Of a DNA stretch of 64,000 nt, positions 29,287 to 45,353 are shown piece by piece; within the stretch, counting starts at the first letter, position 1; each line of letters begins with the position of its first letter. The stretch comes from the human T2T-CHM13v2.0 reference genome, Homo sapiens. The position numbers and the translations under genes are program-made. Location of the stretch: NCBI RefSeq assembly GCF_009914755.1, contig NC_060926.1; one strand, given 5' to 3'. The notes below the pieces were generated by a model. It saw only the letters and a program-made list of their open reading frames with translations. It did no database searches and was not told the origin of the DNA.

Positions 29287-29937
29287 ATTCCAATTTTCAA
29301 GGAAAAAGCAGTCATCTATAATTCTGAGCTTTGTTAAGGGTAAACAGCAGACTCCCAAATAATCTTGTGAATGATTTTATTTAGCTAGTTTAATTTTGCA
29401 AACTAAAATACATGTGATATTGCAAATAAAAATACAAATCAGGGAGGGGTCAAGTGACAGATTTTCTGAAAAATTTTAAATTTATTTCCTTCTACTTCAG
29501 ATAACACAAAAATCAAAAAAGTACAAGAGTAAATTATAGAGTTTTTATTAACAAAAGCTAATAGTATTTAAACTGGCTTAAGTAACACACTCTCATAATG
29601 AATTTTAAGAAGTTTTGAGAGCAAGCTTGGTCTTTGCTACAATCGCTAAGTGGATGGTCCATATTCTTCCTCTTCACCAACAAACAAGGAGGACAGGGAC
29701 CCTTCCCTGAGCCCTGTTTCTTCTGCTCTCTCCCACTCCTATAGTGTATGCGGACACCCCTTCCCCACCTGTCTCCCACTCACATGCACTCCCCGGCTCA
29801 AGTCCTTGCATTTCCCTCCCACTCTCTCTCTATTAAAACCTCTCGCCAATCTTCCTTTAGAGTAAAGTGGAAGCTGCTGGTAACAGTCGCAAGTGTTATC
29901 CTTCTCAGGAAATCTACTTTGAAAGGTGGGATAATTA

Positions 29938-30335
29938 CAGTGATGGGTCAGAGTCAGCTCTTCTCAGCTTGTGAGAGCTGAATGTTCAATTTTTAGGAAT
30001 TTTGCTTGACAGCTAAACACAGCCGTTAATAAAAATTAAGTTACATAAACTTACCATTAAAGAAATTATATTAAACACAAAGGTAATAAGTATTCAAAAT
30101 TCACCACTTTCTGATTATTTTACTACATGGTAAGATTATCTGTACATCTCTAAGTGTATGGTGGAAATGCTCTATTAGGGTGCACATCTCTTCCTAACCC
30201 TATGTTCAGTGAAGCCTCATTGATAGGTTGGAATCAGCAATGGTAGGAGAGTTTACACCATAGACACTGGCCATCAGTAGAAGTCCGTTGTTTCCTTAAA
30301 GAGTTGCTTGTGAAACATTTGTCAGCACATCACTG
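29938..30335. mobile_element. hAT DNA transposon relic (MER63-like)
   Basis: Terminal inverted repeats CAGTGATG...CATCACTG; family name inferred. Confidence 0.6.
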
Positions 30336-31037
30336 AGAATAAAGGCCATAAAGTGTGAGGCTGACATGAATAATTTAATGTCAGCGTTGCATTGTGTATT
30401 CTAGGGTGCCCCCTTAAATTAGACAGTAATAATTTTCCTTGCTATTCACTGATAACATGGGTTTTGTAAGAGTTTTTTTTTTATGTTTATAACAGATCAC
30501 CCCAGAACCTTCTGCCTATTCTCCTCTGCTCAGCATTACAGCCTTTCATGCTTCAGCATACTGGCAAAAAGTAAAGAGGAAAGGCCGGGCCTTAGGAAGC
30601 CTATGGTATGGATTTTGGCCAGGATGTTTGATTACTTTAAAGGGGAGTCTCTGAAGTGGATCCTCTGACCCCAGCTGATCTCTCTCAGCCCATGCCATGT
30701 GTGGAAGAGATAAGCTCTTCTCACTCAGATGTGCTCAAATTGTGGACTCAGGAGTACAATTACTATAGCAGTGTTGTTATTTTAAACCATTAAGTTTTGA
30801 GGTGGTTTGTTACACAGCAGTAAATAACTGACATAGTTTAACATTTCACAGTCCTTCCATATAATTCTAGCAATTTTTACTTTTGTGGTGCTATTTGGGC
30901 ATATGTGAAGTCACCTGAAAAATATCTGCTTTCTGGAGGTTTGGGTGTTCGAGAATGAGATCCTCAGGTATTTATGAAGTGATAAAAAATCAACATGGCT
31001 GATTTATGTTAATTTCGAGAGTATAAAAAAAACATAC

Positions 31038-31160
31038 CTTCTATAATCTGATACTAGTTTAACTAGGTCCTCAGTTGAAATCTTGCTACTTTCTTGTCTA
31101 AACAATGGTGAAAATCTTGAGTCTCTGTCCACATTTCCCTGGTTGTCCTTAAATACTGAT
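31038..31160 (-). CDS. DOCK10: DOCK10 exon (~15), 123 nt: SVFKDNQGNVDRDSRFSPLFRQESSKISTEDLVKLVSDYR(R)
   Basis: cttttag acceptor, GTATGT donor, phase 2 to 2. Confidence 0.95.
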
Positions 31161-32554
31161 CTAAAAGAAAATATTTATTCAGGTTGGTAGTTGGATATTG
31201 TTTATAAAGTTGTGTTTTTAACGTGACTATATTAATTAAACTTCTCATTTATAATCAGAGAAACTCTAAGAACTTATAAAATAAAAAGACCAAAAACTTT
31301 TACAAATGCTTCATTTATACAGTTTATTTTTGTTATCTTTAATTTATTATTTTTAACTCTGTATCCGAAGTGATAACATTCCATATTACAACTATATTTT
31401 TTATGATGTCTCACATTTAATAACTTGTATCAAAACCTTGGAGTATCAGGGAAGTGGAGAAGAATAGGAACACAAGTTACTCTTTTAAATTATGTTTCCA
31501 AGACACCTTAAACCTGGGCAGGACAGAGTCACTTCAATTTGGGTGGCACTACTAGGATTTACGAGTGGTGGAACAGGGAGAAGGTTGTATATGTGAGTGT
31601 GGAAGGCCATACTCTTGACACATTTTCATGGAGCTAAATGTGCCCATGTCCTAACTTTTAGGACAGAGACAAAGATAATACGGAAGGCACCTGAGTCAGA
31701 CTGTTGTTTTAAAGAAAGAGAACACTATGAATCTGAGCCACTTATTTCCTTCCTTGGTCTGTTTCATTGGAACCAAGAAAAGTTAGGCTTAGTTGAAACA
31801 CATAAATAGCTTTTGTCCAAATAATATAGTAATGTCAGGCAATACTTGCTTCACATAGGTACCATGCTTAGATGTCAGTTTTACATGAAATTCCTCATAT
31901 CTCATTACACAATGTGTGGTCAAAAAAAAATAGAATTTTTTTTTTTTACTTCAGTGTTAGAGAAATATTGAATTCTTACTTCTTTTAATGTAATGTTTTA
32001 TCACTCTTTAAGTTAACTGAAGAATTCATTGCACAGGCTGAAATGGCCATTTAAATGGATATCAGATTAAATAGCTTTAGTGTTAAATAGAACACCAAAA
32101 GAAAATAGGCCAAGATTTTATCAGAATGATATTTTTAGACTCCTTCAACTTGCCTCCTCATTTTTTCTCTGTTAAGTAGTGAATGAGGGAAGGTAAAAAG
32201 GCAAATAACGTTGGGGAGACAGAATAAAAATATTAAACATGAATATTATTTTTATTTAAATATTATAAAGGGCGTTTGTTTCAGTGCATCACATGTTGAA
32301 ACTAACATGATACAATTCCCAATATGAAAGGAAGTTAAACTGAGCTTGAACAATAGCTTTTTAATTAGTGACTTCCATTTATTGATAGATGTGAATTGTG
32401 GAACTCGATTTGCCCTTATCCACAACTCTGTCATGGAAATTGCTCACTTACATTGGACACTTTTCATAAAGAGAATGAAGAGTACAGCACCATGGGAGAA
32501 GTTTTGCTCACAGTGCCATACAACATGTGGTTGCTCAATAAATATATAACTGGT

Positions 32555-32878
<324 letters not shown>

Positions 32879-34738
32879 TCATTTACATAGATGGTTTTGT
32901 GATGGCTGGAACGCTGTGCCTAGTTCCAACTGCTACAGTTGAGCAATGATCAGTATATTGTGAGGATCTCAGCACCATGATCTTTGGGGTATGATTGTAG
33001 GAATCATGAAATATGGCCCAGCCATTCGAAAACCCTTTGTGTAAGCTTTTCGTTTTCTTGCCCAAAGGAAAAGAACCTTAGGTGTCCCCGATAGATTCAT
33101 TCACAAACAGCATGAATAACCATGATGTGCAGAATGAAGCAGACATATTTTTTGTGTGTGTGTGGCTATGGAAGAAAACACATAAAAGTGGTTTTCAGAT
33201 AGCTGAAGATTATTTTGAAAAATAGATTATTTAATAATTAGACCTCTAAAGAGACAGACAGAAGGAAGCACTGTGGGATGTACTTGGGTTTTTGTCCCTG
33301 GAAAGAGTCAAACAGAAGTTGGATGACCATTTGTTAAAGACGTTGTCAGTATGGGAATCTTAAATGACAGCTGCACTGTGCACCTTCCATAATTGTAGAG
33401 ATACGAGAATGAAATGTTTATTTTAATTTTGCTTAATTAAAAAAATTCAGTGTTGAGTGCTGGTCCACTTAGAATATCAAATGAGGTAGTCAAGGAAATC
33501 ACAAAAGAGTCCTGGCAAGGATGCTGGCACCTAGGATTCTGGGGCTGATATGCATGGAAAGAGATCCATTCACAACCTGACACATTTGGAAGGGTCAATT
33601 TTCTCCCGAGTCAATGAGTATAAAATACCCTGTGTAGTCATCTGTATGTGTTCTCTATTCCTCCCCCAAGGATAACCTTTTCACTGTAAAATGGTACTGC
33701 AGCTGGTGCCAAATATAAGAATACCAAATTAATTTCAGAAAAAAATGTTGTTCACAGTGATGAGCATCTGTGCATACTGCAGTGGGTGGGATGATTAAAT
33801 GTGGGTAAAAATATGGTCATAATCTAAATTGTCAGTTCTACTCTTCTAATGACAGTTGATTGTAAGGGCCAACATGTCTTAGGGCACACTGAAATCTACA
33901 CTGCGAAACAAACTGCAATCTAGAAAGCGTAACAGGAAGGAGCAGTAGCCTCAGAATCAGGGTATCAATTAGGTATTGAAGTATGTCAGGAAGCTGGTAA
34001 AGACATGGGCAACAACCGGCCTTCCTCTGATGCTGTGCACATTTATTTGAAGCAGTTTCCACATTGTGAAAGAGAAATTAAAATCTTTGGCTGGATCTTT
34101 TATACTTTTTTGTGGTTAGGTAATCCAAGTGGTCTGACATGGTATCTTTAGAATTGTGCTGCTAACTATTTTTCTCAGTTGTGAGAAATTTATGTGGAAG
34201 TAAATCACATATGTATATACACAGGTTGGTGGTGTTTCCTAACCTACAACCAGACCACTAATTGGGCATTAATATGGTCTAAGCTTGTGGTTTCATTAGC
34301 TTTCCTATCCAAGGAATAATTTCAATAGTCAGTAATACTGTCAGCCTCCCTAGAGACTTCATCTGTCTTTCTTCCAGCATATTTAACTAGACAACTTCAA
34401 AGCAGGATTGTCACTTCTCCTAACTTCTCAGGTTCTTTCAATAATGGGTAATTCTTTGACTTCTCTCCTTTATATTGTTCTTCACTGCCCCAAATTTATC
34501 AGAAAAGGGGACTTGGTGAGATAGATATGATCTCTGCAAGTGACTTTTAGTAATAATAATATTAGAAAAAATAATTTCTAAAAATAACAATCTTTTATTG
34601 GGTACATATCTGTGCTCCTTAATCCTTATAACAGTAAATTAGATATTCTTATTTTCCTCTTTTGTAGATTAAAAAAATAGATAAAGTCAGGTTATAAGTA
34701 ACTTGCCCAAGCTCACTTGGCTAATAAAGGATAGAGCG

Positions 34739-35058
34739 TTTTTTTTTTCTTTTTTTTAGAGACAGGGTCTCACTCTGTTGCCCAGGCTGGAGTGCAGTGG
34801 TGCTATCATAGTTCATTGCAACTTCCAGCTTCTGGGCTCATCTCTGATGATTCTGATACTCCCATCTCAGCCTCCTGAGTAGCTAGGACTACAGGTGTAT
34901 GCTACCACCCTTGGTTAATTTTTTAAAAGTTGTTTTTAGAGATTGGGTCTCACTATGTTGCCCAGGCTGGTCTAGAATTCCTGACCTTAAGTGAACCTCC
35001 AGGAGACCTTGGCCTCCTAAAGTATTGGGATTATAGGCATGCCCCACCATGCCTGGCC
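34739..35058 (-). mobile_element. Alu (AluJ-like)
   Basis: Diverged reverse Alu. Confidence 0.88.
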
Positions 35059-35923
35059 AGAGTTAGGATATTTTGAGCTCAGCTCTGTCTGGTTCTAAAA
35101 TGCCTGTTTCTAAAACCTCAGAGCAATGTTGGATCCTTAAAGTGAAAAATGTGTGCACTATTGTAATTTTGTTATACTGGAATATTTCACAACAGACATC
35201 TTGCCTCTACTTGCCCCAGTAGGTTTTCTGGAGGGAACTGAGAATGCTTAACAATACCAAAAATGTTTAATCAGTGAATTATAATTAGTTAACCTTTGTC
35301 TTAAAGCTTATGAGAAATAAAAACAAATTCATTATAAAGGGTTCTGCAAATCTAAATACCATCTTTTTCATGCAGAATGTCCTGGCATTAGTTGTTCCTA
35401 TAGAAAGAGATAGAAAAGGGAGGATAAAGTACTATTCATGATCTATTTTACGCCAAATGCTTGTGCACTTGAGATTGCACATACTGCTCATAACACAGGT
35501 ATTGTCAGCTTCAATTTATAGCTGGGGACCCAGAGACATGGAGAAGAAACTTGTTCCAAGTCACAGTAAGTAGTGGCCTGATCTGCAACGTTTATTAGAC
35601 TCCCAGGCCTGGACTCTCCCTCCCTTGCTATGACGCTGCCTTAGGGCAAACGAATTCCTGGAGACTGCATGAATCTATCTTGATTTACTGCTGCCCAAAC
35701 TTCCACATTTCTCCTTCCTACACCTACTCATCTCCAACTTTAAATAACAACCTCAAAATTATGACAAATATTGGTGAGTTTACTCTGAATATACATCACT
35801 GGGAACTGTGAGACTTAAAAATGGCATAATTAACAGGTTCTCTCTTCCTTCTGGATGCTAAAGTTGGATACATTGAGATAATGTCAGCAAAGTTCAAATG
35901 AATACTTGATGGGCTGTCTTATT

Positions 35924-36074
35924 TGCCACCACACCTGGCTAATTTTTGTATTTTTAGTAGAGACAGAGCTTCACCATGTTGGCCAAGCTGGTCTCGAACT
36001 CCTGACCTCGGGATCCGCCTGTCTTGGCCTCCCAAAGTGCTGGGATTACAGGCGTGAGCTACCATGCCCGGCTG
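35924..36074 (-). mobile_element. Partial Alu (left arm and linker)
   Basis: Reverse Alu lacking most of the right arm. Confidence 0.85.
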
Positions 36075-36841
36075 GTAGCTCTAACCTTTCTTAGTTCATT
36101 CAGTGTGTACATTGATGACCTTTTAGCCTTATGAGTCTATGCCAGGCTCTTCCTCACTTAAGAAATTCTTACACTAATAAAGATGTAAAGAGATTGATGA
36201 GGACAATCATAATTGATGATTAAACAGTTCTGAAAAGCAATTATGGTTCTTCATGAAGAGGTCATGCATCCAAGTGAATGATGTGTCCATCTATGTCCAC
36301 AGAACTCAGACTTTCTTTCAGAGGCAACTGGTACTGATAAATTTGGCTGGGCTAAACAGTATCAAAATCAAAATGAGTTTAAATGATTGGTTTGATGGTT
36401 TCATTTGGACGTCCATATATAGACCTGAGCTCTACGCATAAATGAAAACAAACAGCTGCATAAGAAATTACAGTGCATCTATCTGAATTTTAGGCACACC
36501 AGACTCTCAGGACTGACATAATGTCAAAGGTTTGTTAAGTCAAATATACATAATAAACAATTTATGACATTGATTTGATATCTACCAAGAACCCATAGCA
36601 TATCTGGTCATGCATGCAGGGTACATGTGTCACGGCCCTCTATTATAAACTGTATTGCTAAACTGTCTTGTGAAATGTATGTCTCAGAGAAGCTCAAGAT
36701 GTTTATGAAGATGACCATATTAGGATTTTCTAGGTGTAGACACATTAAAAATAATAGGCAACACAAAAACGTTCAAAACTGAAGCTTCCAATGCCACCAT
36801 TAAATGTATTTCTAGTCTGTTGGCTGCAACTGTCAACATAC

Positions 36842-36924
36842 CTTACTGCCCAAGCAAAAGGCATACGGTATTTTCCCAATTTGCTGCAGAATTGTCTGTT
36901 GGATTTTAGTATCTTTTGTGCATA
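36842..36924 (-). CDS. DOCK10: DOCK10 exon (~14), 83 nt: YAQKILKSNRQFCSKLGKYRMPFAWAV(R)
   Basis: ctttag acceptor, GTATGT donor; DOCK-family YRMPFAWA motif. Confidence 0.95.
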
Positions 36925-37278
36925 CTAAAGAAAAAATAAATACAAATATTGTTTAGAATAGCACTTTATAAACTGTACATATAAAATAATACTAAATACT
37001 TTTTCATATTATTTTATACTGAAACTCAGCGTAACTGTGTCTTACTAGCCCCTATTACCTTATAAAGAGCCAAATGGTGTCCTATGTGTTCAAACTATTG
37101 TATAATGTTTTTCTTTCTTTCTTCTTAGTTTGGAAATTTCAAATGTAGAAAATAATCCATGTCTTGGAATATCAACTTTTTTCCTTTTTTTGACTTAAAA
37201 GATTTTAAAATCTTGAATGGAAAGTATTAGTACATTTACATTTACAGTCCATTCTATATCCCCTTTTATTTGTTATGG

Positions 37279-37498
37279 CAGAGGGCAGGAGACTGGTTCT
37301 GTAAAGAGTCATATAGTAAACACAATGGGTTTCATGGGCCATATAGTCTCTGTCACAAGTTTTCAACTCTGTTTCTGTAGCAGGGAAATGGCCATAGACA
37401 ATCCATAAATGAATGTGACTGTGTTTCAATAAAACTTTATTTATCAAAACAGAAGGTAGGCTGGATTTGGCCTGCACACCATAGTTTGCCAAACACTG
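37279..37498. mobile_element. MER58A-like hAT MITE
   Basis: TTCTGTAAAG...ATAGTAAA...GGGCCATATAGTCTCTGTCACAA...CCATAGTTTGCC pattern. Confidence 0.75.
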
Positions 37499-37555
37499 AA
37501 TTATGGGACTCTCATAAATATGTTAAACTCCTTCCTAAATTGTCATACATGCTAA

Positions 37556-37928
<373 letters not shown>

Positions 37929-38339
37929 TTAATATTCATTTTCTATTAAACAGTAATATTTGATTATTAAAGAAAATCTAATAGAAAAGAAGAAAGTAGA
38001 AACATATTACCTGTAGTTCCACCATTCAAAGCACAGCATTCTCTTTCCTCTTTTTCACTTAAGTGGTATTATAATTTGATTTACAATTATTTATCTCACT
38101 TTGTTCATCATCAGCATTGCTGATGTCTCATTCACTTGCTTTTACTCAGAATATTCCTAAGGTTTCATTATTATTAATACTCTGATCCTTGGGGTGAAAG
38201 CTTTATCCACATTTGAATTTATTTCTACCATTAGATTCTCAGAGGTCAGAAATTACTGGGTCAAAAGAAAGTAAAGCAAAAAGATAAGCTTAAAAAAATT
38301 TCTGGTGGATATTCATTTCACCAATAAGTGAGTATTTCA

Positions 38340-38940
<601 letters not shown>

Positions 38941-39043
38941 TTAAGGGAATTTTTATTCAGGAAATTGCTCATCTTATATGATCTATTGGTAAGAATAATG
39001 GTACAAGCATTTTCCATCTCATCACAAGTAAACAAAGTGCCAC

Positions 39044-39265
39044 CTGCTTTGGAAATTTTAGCCATTCCTCTGGAAGTCCCTTGATGTGAGGTTCTTCTGA
39101 TTGTCTTGGAGTGATGGTGTCGATGTTGCCATTTTCCAAAGCCACAGAAGCCCCCAAGAGCATCTGTCTGACAGCAGCATGGTTTAGATCCACATGAAAA
39201 TCAGCAGAAATCTTCCTGCTGTCTCTGAGGTCATAAAGTGCCACACTCACAAAAAAAGGCTCAAT
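39044..39265 (-). CDS. DOCK10: DOCK10 exon (~12), 222 nt: [28 protein letters not shown]...WLKFPKQ
   Basis: catgcag acceptor, CAG|GTGGCA donor; overlaps ORF 38969..39271. Confidence 0.96.
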
Positions 39266-39869
39266 CTGCATGAAAAAGAAAGAACAGATGTTTTTGATAT
39301 AAAATCATTATCCATGAGACAGCCTCGTTAGTACATCATTTAACAAAGCAGTAGATAAAATACATGCAGCAGGCAAGCTCCCCTTGACTCAGTGACCCGG
39401 AATCCTGTCCTCCAGCAAGTGCCTTAGATCCCAGTACTGTATCTCATTGGTTCTTTAGTTTCCCTGCCAAGAACTCTCTTCTTATGTTGCATTTACATGC
39501 ATGGTTGGGCCTTACAAATCCTTCCAGTTATTTCCCTTACAGTCTTAGAAAATACATGCCACCTAAGTCTCCAAGGCCCTTGAAAATCTGTAATGAAATC
39601 CTAGAAGTTTCGAGACTGCACTGTGGTTGAACTTCACTAGGCCAACCACATCTCTGTTTTTTATCACAGCTTGATAGAATCATAATAATAGCTAACAGTT
39701 ATTGAGCATTTATTACGTGTTTGCCACTGTTCTAAGGCACTCCTAATACATTAGTGTCGCAGATACATATTAAAACACAAAACACTGTGGCAAGTAGGTA
39801 GGTGAGCATCAGGTTGTGAGGGAGTCTGTTGGCAGAGAGGGCAGGAAGTTTCCTAAGAGGAGTTGATAT

Positions 39870-40011
39870 CTTAGTTGAATTTTTAAAACAGATATTAACT
39901 ATTTTTTCTCTTATATTGAAATAATTTTGAATAGAGAGAAAGGTTGTGTAAAAGGTGCATAAAACCACCTTAATTATCCCCCTTGCCCAGATTCAACTGT
40001 TAACCTCCTGT

Positions 40012-40050
<39 letters not shown>

Positions 40051-41251
40051 TCTCTCTCTCTCTCTTACACACATACACACACACTCTCTCTCTCTCTAAC
40101 AGTCACCTATTATAACCAGTCTGAATGCTTTGAGAGCAAGTTTCCCATATTATTCCTCTCCTAAATACTCCAGCGAGTGTTTTCCCGAAATGAGGACACT
40201 TACCTGCCTAATCACCGTGCAGCCATCCAAGTCAGGAAAGTGATATTGGCCCAAACTGTGCAACTCACATGCCCCTTTCGATGCTGCCAGTTGACTCAAT
40301 AATGCCTCTGTTTTTCTTTCTGGTCCAGAATCCCATCTAGGACTACTCATTGTATTTTTCTGCTATTTCCCTTCAATTTAATTCAGTCAAAACTGTTCCT
40401 CAGTCTTTTTCTCTCTTTCAGGTTTTTGGCCTTTTAAAGAGTACAGGACATATATTCTGACATAAATTCAATCTGGGTCTGTTGTATGTGTCCTCGTGAC
40501 AGGATTCAGGTCATGCTTTTATGGCAGTAAAATCTCAGACTGATGCTTGATTTTCATACTTCATTGTGTCTAGAGCACACAGTGTCAACTCCTTCAGCAA
40601 CTGTGATGTTAGCCTTATCTGCTGGTTTTCTCCATTATAAAGGTCACCATTTTCCCTTTGGCAATTGATTTGTATTTGTGGAAATATGTTCTGAGATTAC
40701 CCCCAGGTCTTGCTACTCACCAAACACAACCCACCCTAGTCTTCATCTCCATTGATAACTTCCATTGCAGTCAACTACCACCATGATGGCGACCAATGGT
40801 GATTTTTCAGTTCCATCATTCTTTCTACACGTATTAGCTAGTATTCCATCATACGGATGAGCTTTCCCTTCTCTCTTATTTTGATATTAATTAATTAATT
40901 TATTAATACAAGTATAGACTCATGGATTACTGTTTTACTCAATGGGTTTTGCTCTTACGATAATTAGTGTTAGTGTGATGCTGAAATTGTCCCAGATTTG
41001 GCTAGAGGCACTCATTCAAGGTAACTTCTGGGTATATTTTTGGCAAGTCTCCATCATTTTTTGAGTACTTCTTTATCAAATAGGATGTTCCAGGCTTATC
41101 CTATACTACTCATGCTCCAGATATTTCTCCAAGGAGCCCTGGTTCCTTACAGTGAGGGTGACATTTACAAACCACGATCTGGGTGCTTGTTGTGCTCACT
41201 GTCACAGGGATATCATTGCTTCTCTGCCCTCCGATCATACAGAGCTAAGAA

Positions 41252-41290
<39 letters not shown>

Positions 41291-41450
41291 TTATTTATCT
41301 CTATCTGTGTATGAATACTTATTAAAAACCAGTTAGTTCATGTTTATACCTCTGCTTCCGATACAAACACTCAAGGGTTCATTCTAGCCTTTCCATTTTT
41401 AATATTGGTAAGTAGGTCCTCCAACAGTGAGAATGCGGGATCTCATTACC
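39870..41450 (-). mobile_element. Old L1 (L1M-type) 3' relic containing (TC)n/(AC)n microsatellites at ~40012-40097 and ~41253-41285
   Basis: Diverged L1MC/MD-like stretches; boundaries approximate. Confidence 0.55.
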
Positions 41451-44166
41451 ATGAATCTGTTTACTTACTTGTTCAACCAGTTACTTATTGGTTCAAAGTA
41501 ACCAGTCTCCCAACCATATCAGCCATCTTTTCTAGTTGCCTCCTCTGGGCTGCCCTGCACCTGTATCACAACACACCCACGACAGGCTGCTTCTGTCCCT
41601 CTTCATGGCTTTCTCTCCCCATCAATTCTTGGGTGCTCACCCAAATCCATGCCTCTATGTGGCTTTCCTCTTAACCTCTTGCCCCCAGGCTAGGAAGTGG
41701 AAGATGTGAAAATGGGAAAGATATGGAAGATGAGAAGAAGGGGACATTTCTTGGTCAAGTTTTAAAGAAGTAGGAATTAGGTACAGAGTTGGTTAGAAGG
41801 GATTTCTAGGTAGGGTGTGTGACATGTGCAAAGACATAAGACATCAAAGAGCACAGGAAAAGAACATTAGAGTGGGATCAGAGTGGAGGAAAATGAAAAA
41901 TTGGTAGGAAGCGTTTGTGGGAGAGGCATTTGAGAAACATTAAGGAAGTATGACCAAAGAGCTTGGATATTCTTTGCATGTGTTTGTCTTGGTTGATTGG
42001 AGAAAATGTTTCACAGGGGCATGAATACAGAAAATTCCCAGGTTTGAGGATAAAGGAAATGAAGTGGATGGTCATACCATTGGCTGATATAGGGGATAAA
42101 GATACAAAGATGAATTCCAAATGGGATATAGAAAGTCATCTGCGGGACATCCCAGTGGCAGTTGGATGTGTGTTTTGAGCCAAGTCAAGGAAACTGGGCT
42201 GAAGAGCTGGGCCTGAGAGGTTTTTTTTGTGTGTGGGGTCCTGTTGAATCCATGAAATAGAAGAAAATCAGAACAGGATTCTGGAAAGTATCAACATGCA
42301 AAGGATGGAGATGGGAGTAGGGAAAACAACTTATAAAATGGATTGGGAAGTAGGGAAAAATTTTACAAAACAAATGAAAAAATTTTAAATGTTGCCAGAG
42401 TATCACAGAAGCAAAGAAAGATTCAAGAAGGAAAGAATGGTCAACTAGAAAAATGTCACATACAACAGAGACAAAGACCAAATTAATATATGCATATGTA
42501 ATTACATACATATATGTACATATATACATATATTGCATACATGCACATATATGTAGTTACACATTTATGTGATTAAAGTTGGAATACGCCTATAAAAACT
42601 AGCATTTTTACTGTTTTAAAATGCTACTTAAGTTTGAGTTGATGCCAATCTCTACCAGTATTCTAGGGGCAAACAGATTATAGTGAAACACCCTATTGTG
42701 ATCCAGTTTATTACTACACAGACTCACTCACACTGTGGGTTTTGTTAAATGCTTAACAGTATCTCCTATCTTTTGAAATGTAGTAATGTGACTAGTTTAT
42801 ACGGGGGGGACAAGTCCAATTTCTTAATATTAGCAATACTTGCCAGCTCCCTTACTGTTAGAAAAAAGTTTTTGCATATAAGATAAATTCAATAAATTAT
42901 TTTTTAAAATATAAAGCAATTACAAAGTAAAAGTTTATAGTATACCAATTTAAATTAATACAGAAAAACTCTTGTTTTGTGGTAGTAGTAGTCTGCCAAG
43001 AGTTGAAAAATGCAAAAATTACAGAAAAACAACTAAAGTGGGAACTCAAAACACATTGAAGGTCAAAGCAAAACCCATCTTTTTTCCTGAATTGTTGCAT
43101 TTTGATTTTCATTTCTACTTTGTGAATGGAAATAAATACCTACTTTGATAACCCATCAAAAATTAAAGCTCATGTGGTGATTCATTTCTTTCTTCCAATC
43201 CACCTTTTCAAAATAAATGTCAAATCACTGGCTTTCCAGTGAGGATTTAACAAAGCATCTGCAAAGCCTAACAAATTAATTCATAGGTTTCTTGTGTTTA
43301 GAATTCTGTACTCTTCTGAAAAAAACTCGCAAAGATAAAATTTTAAATGTAGTTCTACTGTGATGTAGCTTTATTAGTTCAGATTTTTGGAGTCAATTTC
43401 TATTTTCAAAGAAATATTTTATACTACAAAACCATCAACTTGAATTTGGTTTTCAATTTACTGACTAAAAAATTACATGCTGTCAAACATTGTTTTCTCA
43501 TCATGAGGATGTTATTTCAGGGAGTCTTCAGAATCTCATTCATTAAATGCAGTAGTTGGCTCCTAAGCAGCTTGGAGAAATATTTCAATTAATTTAAAAC
43601 ATGCTCATTGAATTAAGAACAATGAGTTTAAAAATAGATTCATTAATGAAAGAGTGTCAGTGAATAAATAAACACTGATTTTTAAAAAACAATGGTATTA
43701 AATAACAAACTGCTGTGAAGGTGAGGCTGACATTATTTTTTGTGTTATTGCTTATAGGCACAATGAAATTATTTTTCTAAAGTAATTTCCTAGTTTTTCA
43801 ACATATGTATCAACTGTAAAATGAAAAACAACACTGACGTACAAAACACTCCAAATCAACTTAACCCTTTGGCCTGACAGATACCAAAGGACACACTAAC
43901 TTGGTTCTCTGTACTTGGCTGTGTTCTCTTGCCTGGGGAGATTGGCCCAAATACAAACATTTGGCTTCTGAATATGGGTCTTAGTACAAAGAAAGGAATT
44001 CACGTGGAAGGAGTCATATGCCCCTGGCAGTAGAAAGAAAAGCCCACTATCTTTGATTTTCAGTTTCTAAATTGCATTTTAAATTACATTTAAATATGTT
44101 CTGGGTCAAAAAAAGCATCTATTTTTATTTAACAAGGTGACTAAGTGACATTACCATTTGAGGTAA

Positions 44167-44540
44167 TGATATGATTTGGCTGTGTCACCACCCAAATCTC
44201 ATCTTAAATTGTAGTTCTCATAATCCTCACATGTCATAGGAGGGACCCAGTGGGAAGTAATTGAATTATGGGGGCAGTTACCCTCATGCTGTTCTCATGA
44301 TAGTGAGTGAGTTCTCATAATATCTGATGGTTTTATAAGGGGCTTTTCCCCCTTTTGCTTGGCATTTCCCTTTGCTGCCGCCATGTGAAGAAGGACATGT
44401 TTGATTCCCCTTCCATGATGATTGTAAGTTTCTTGAGGCCTCACCAGTCATGCTGAACTGTGAGTCAATTAAACCTCCTTCCTTTATAAATTACAGTCTT
44501 GGGTATGTCTTTCTTAGCAGCATGAGAACAGACTAATACA
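44167..44540 (+). mobile_element. THE1 solo LTR (MaLR)
   Basis: TGATATGATTTGGCTGTGTC...GAGAACAGACTAATACA; 5-bp flanks GGTAA/GGTAT. Confidence 0.92.
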
Positions 44541-44914
44541 GGTATTTCCAAATGGTTTCAAGGACTAAGTTTCTAGATTTTTGTTTTGTTTTTATTTTAA
44601 AATCCTGCCTGAAAGCATGATCAGATTACTCCTAACACTTTGCATTCCATGGGAGCTGCTCTTGCCATAGTCATCAACATCCTCCACTTTGCCATGTCTA
44701 CCAGATGGACTCCTCTTTCACTTCATGTTCCTCAGCTTCTTGGCACCAATCCCATAGCTACCCATTTGCTCTTGGTTTCATGATACAGTATTCCTTGGTT
44801 TATCTTTATCCCAACAGCCATCCCTGTTTAGTCTTCTTTGGTCACTTCTCTATTCATTCTTCAGATATTTTATTTGGTTCCTGGCCCCTTCTCTATGGTC
44901 ATAGATATTTTTAG

Positions 44915-45353
<439 letters not shown>

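Noticed and set aside
28882-29358. 158-aa ORF with WLVG and CV repeats
   Set aside because: It is the real 80-nt DOCK10 exon flanked by microsatellite read-through.
40198-40208. Perfect CAG|GTAAGT donor on the minus strand (similar sites near 45838 and 55228)
   Set aside because: They lie in old LINE relics, and I found no matching acceptor or coding-like frame. Pseudo-donors are common.
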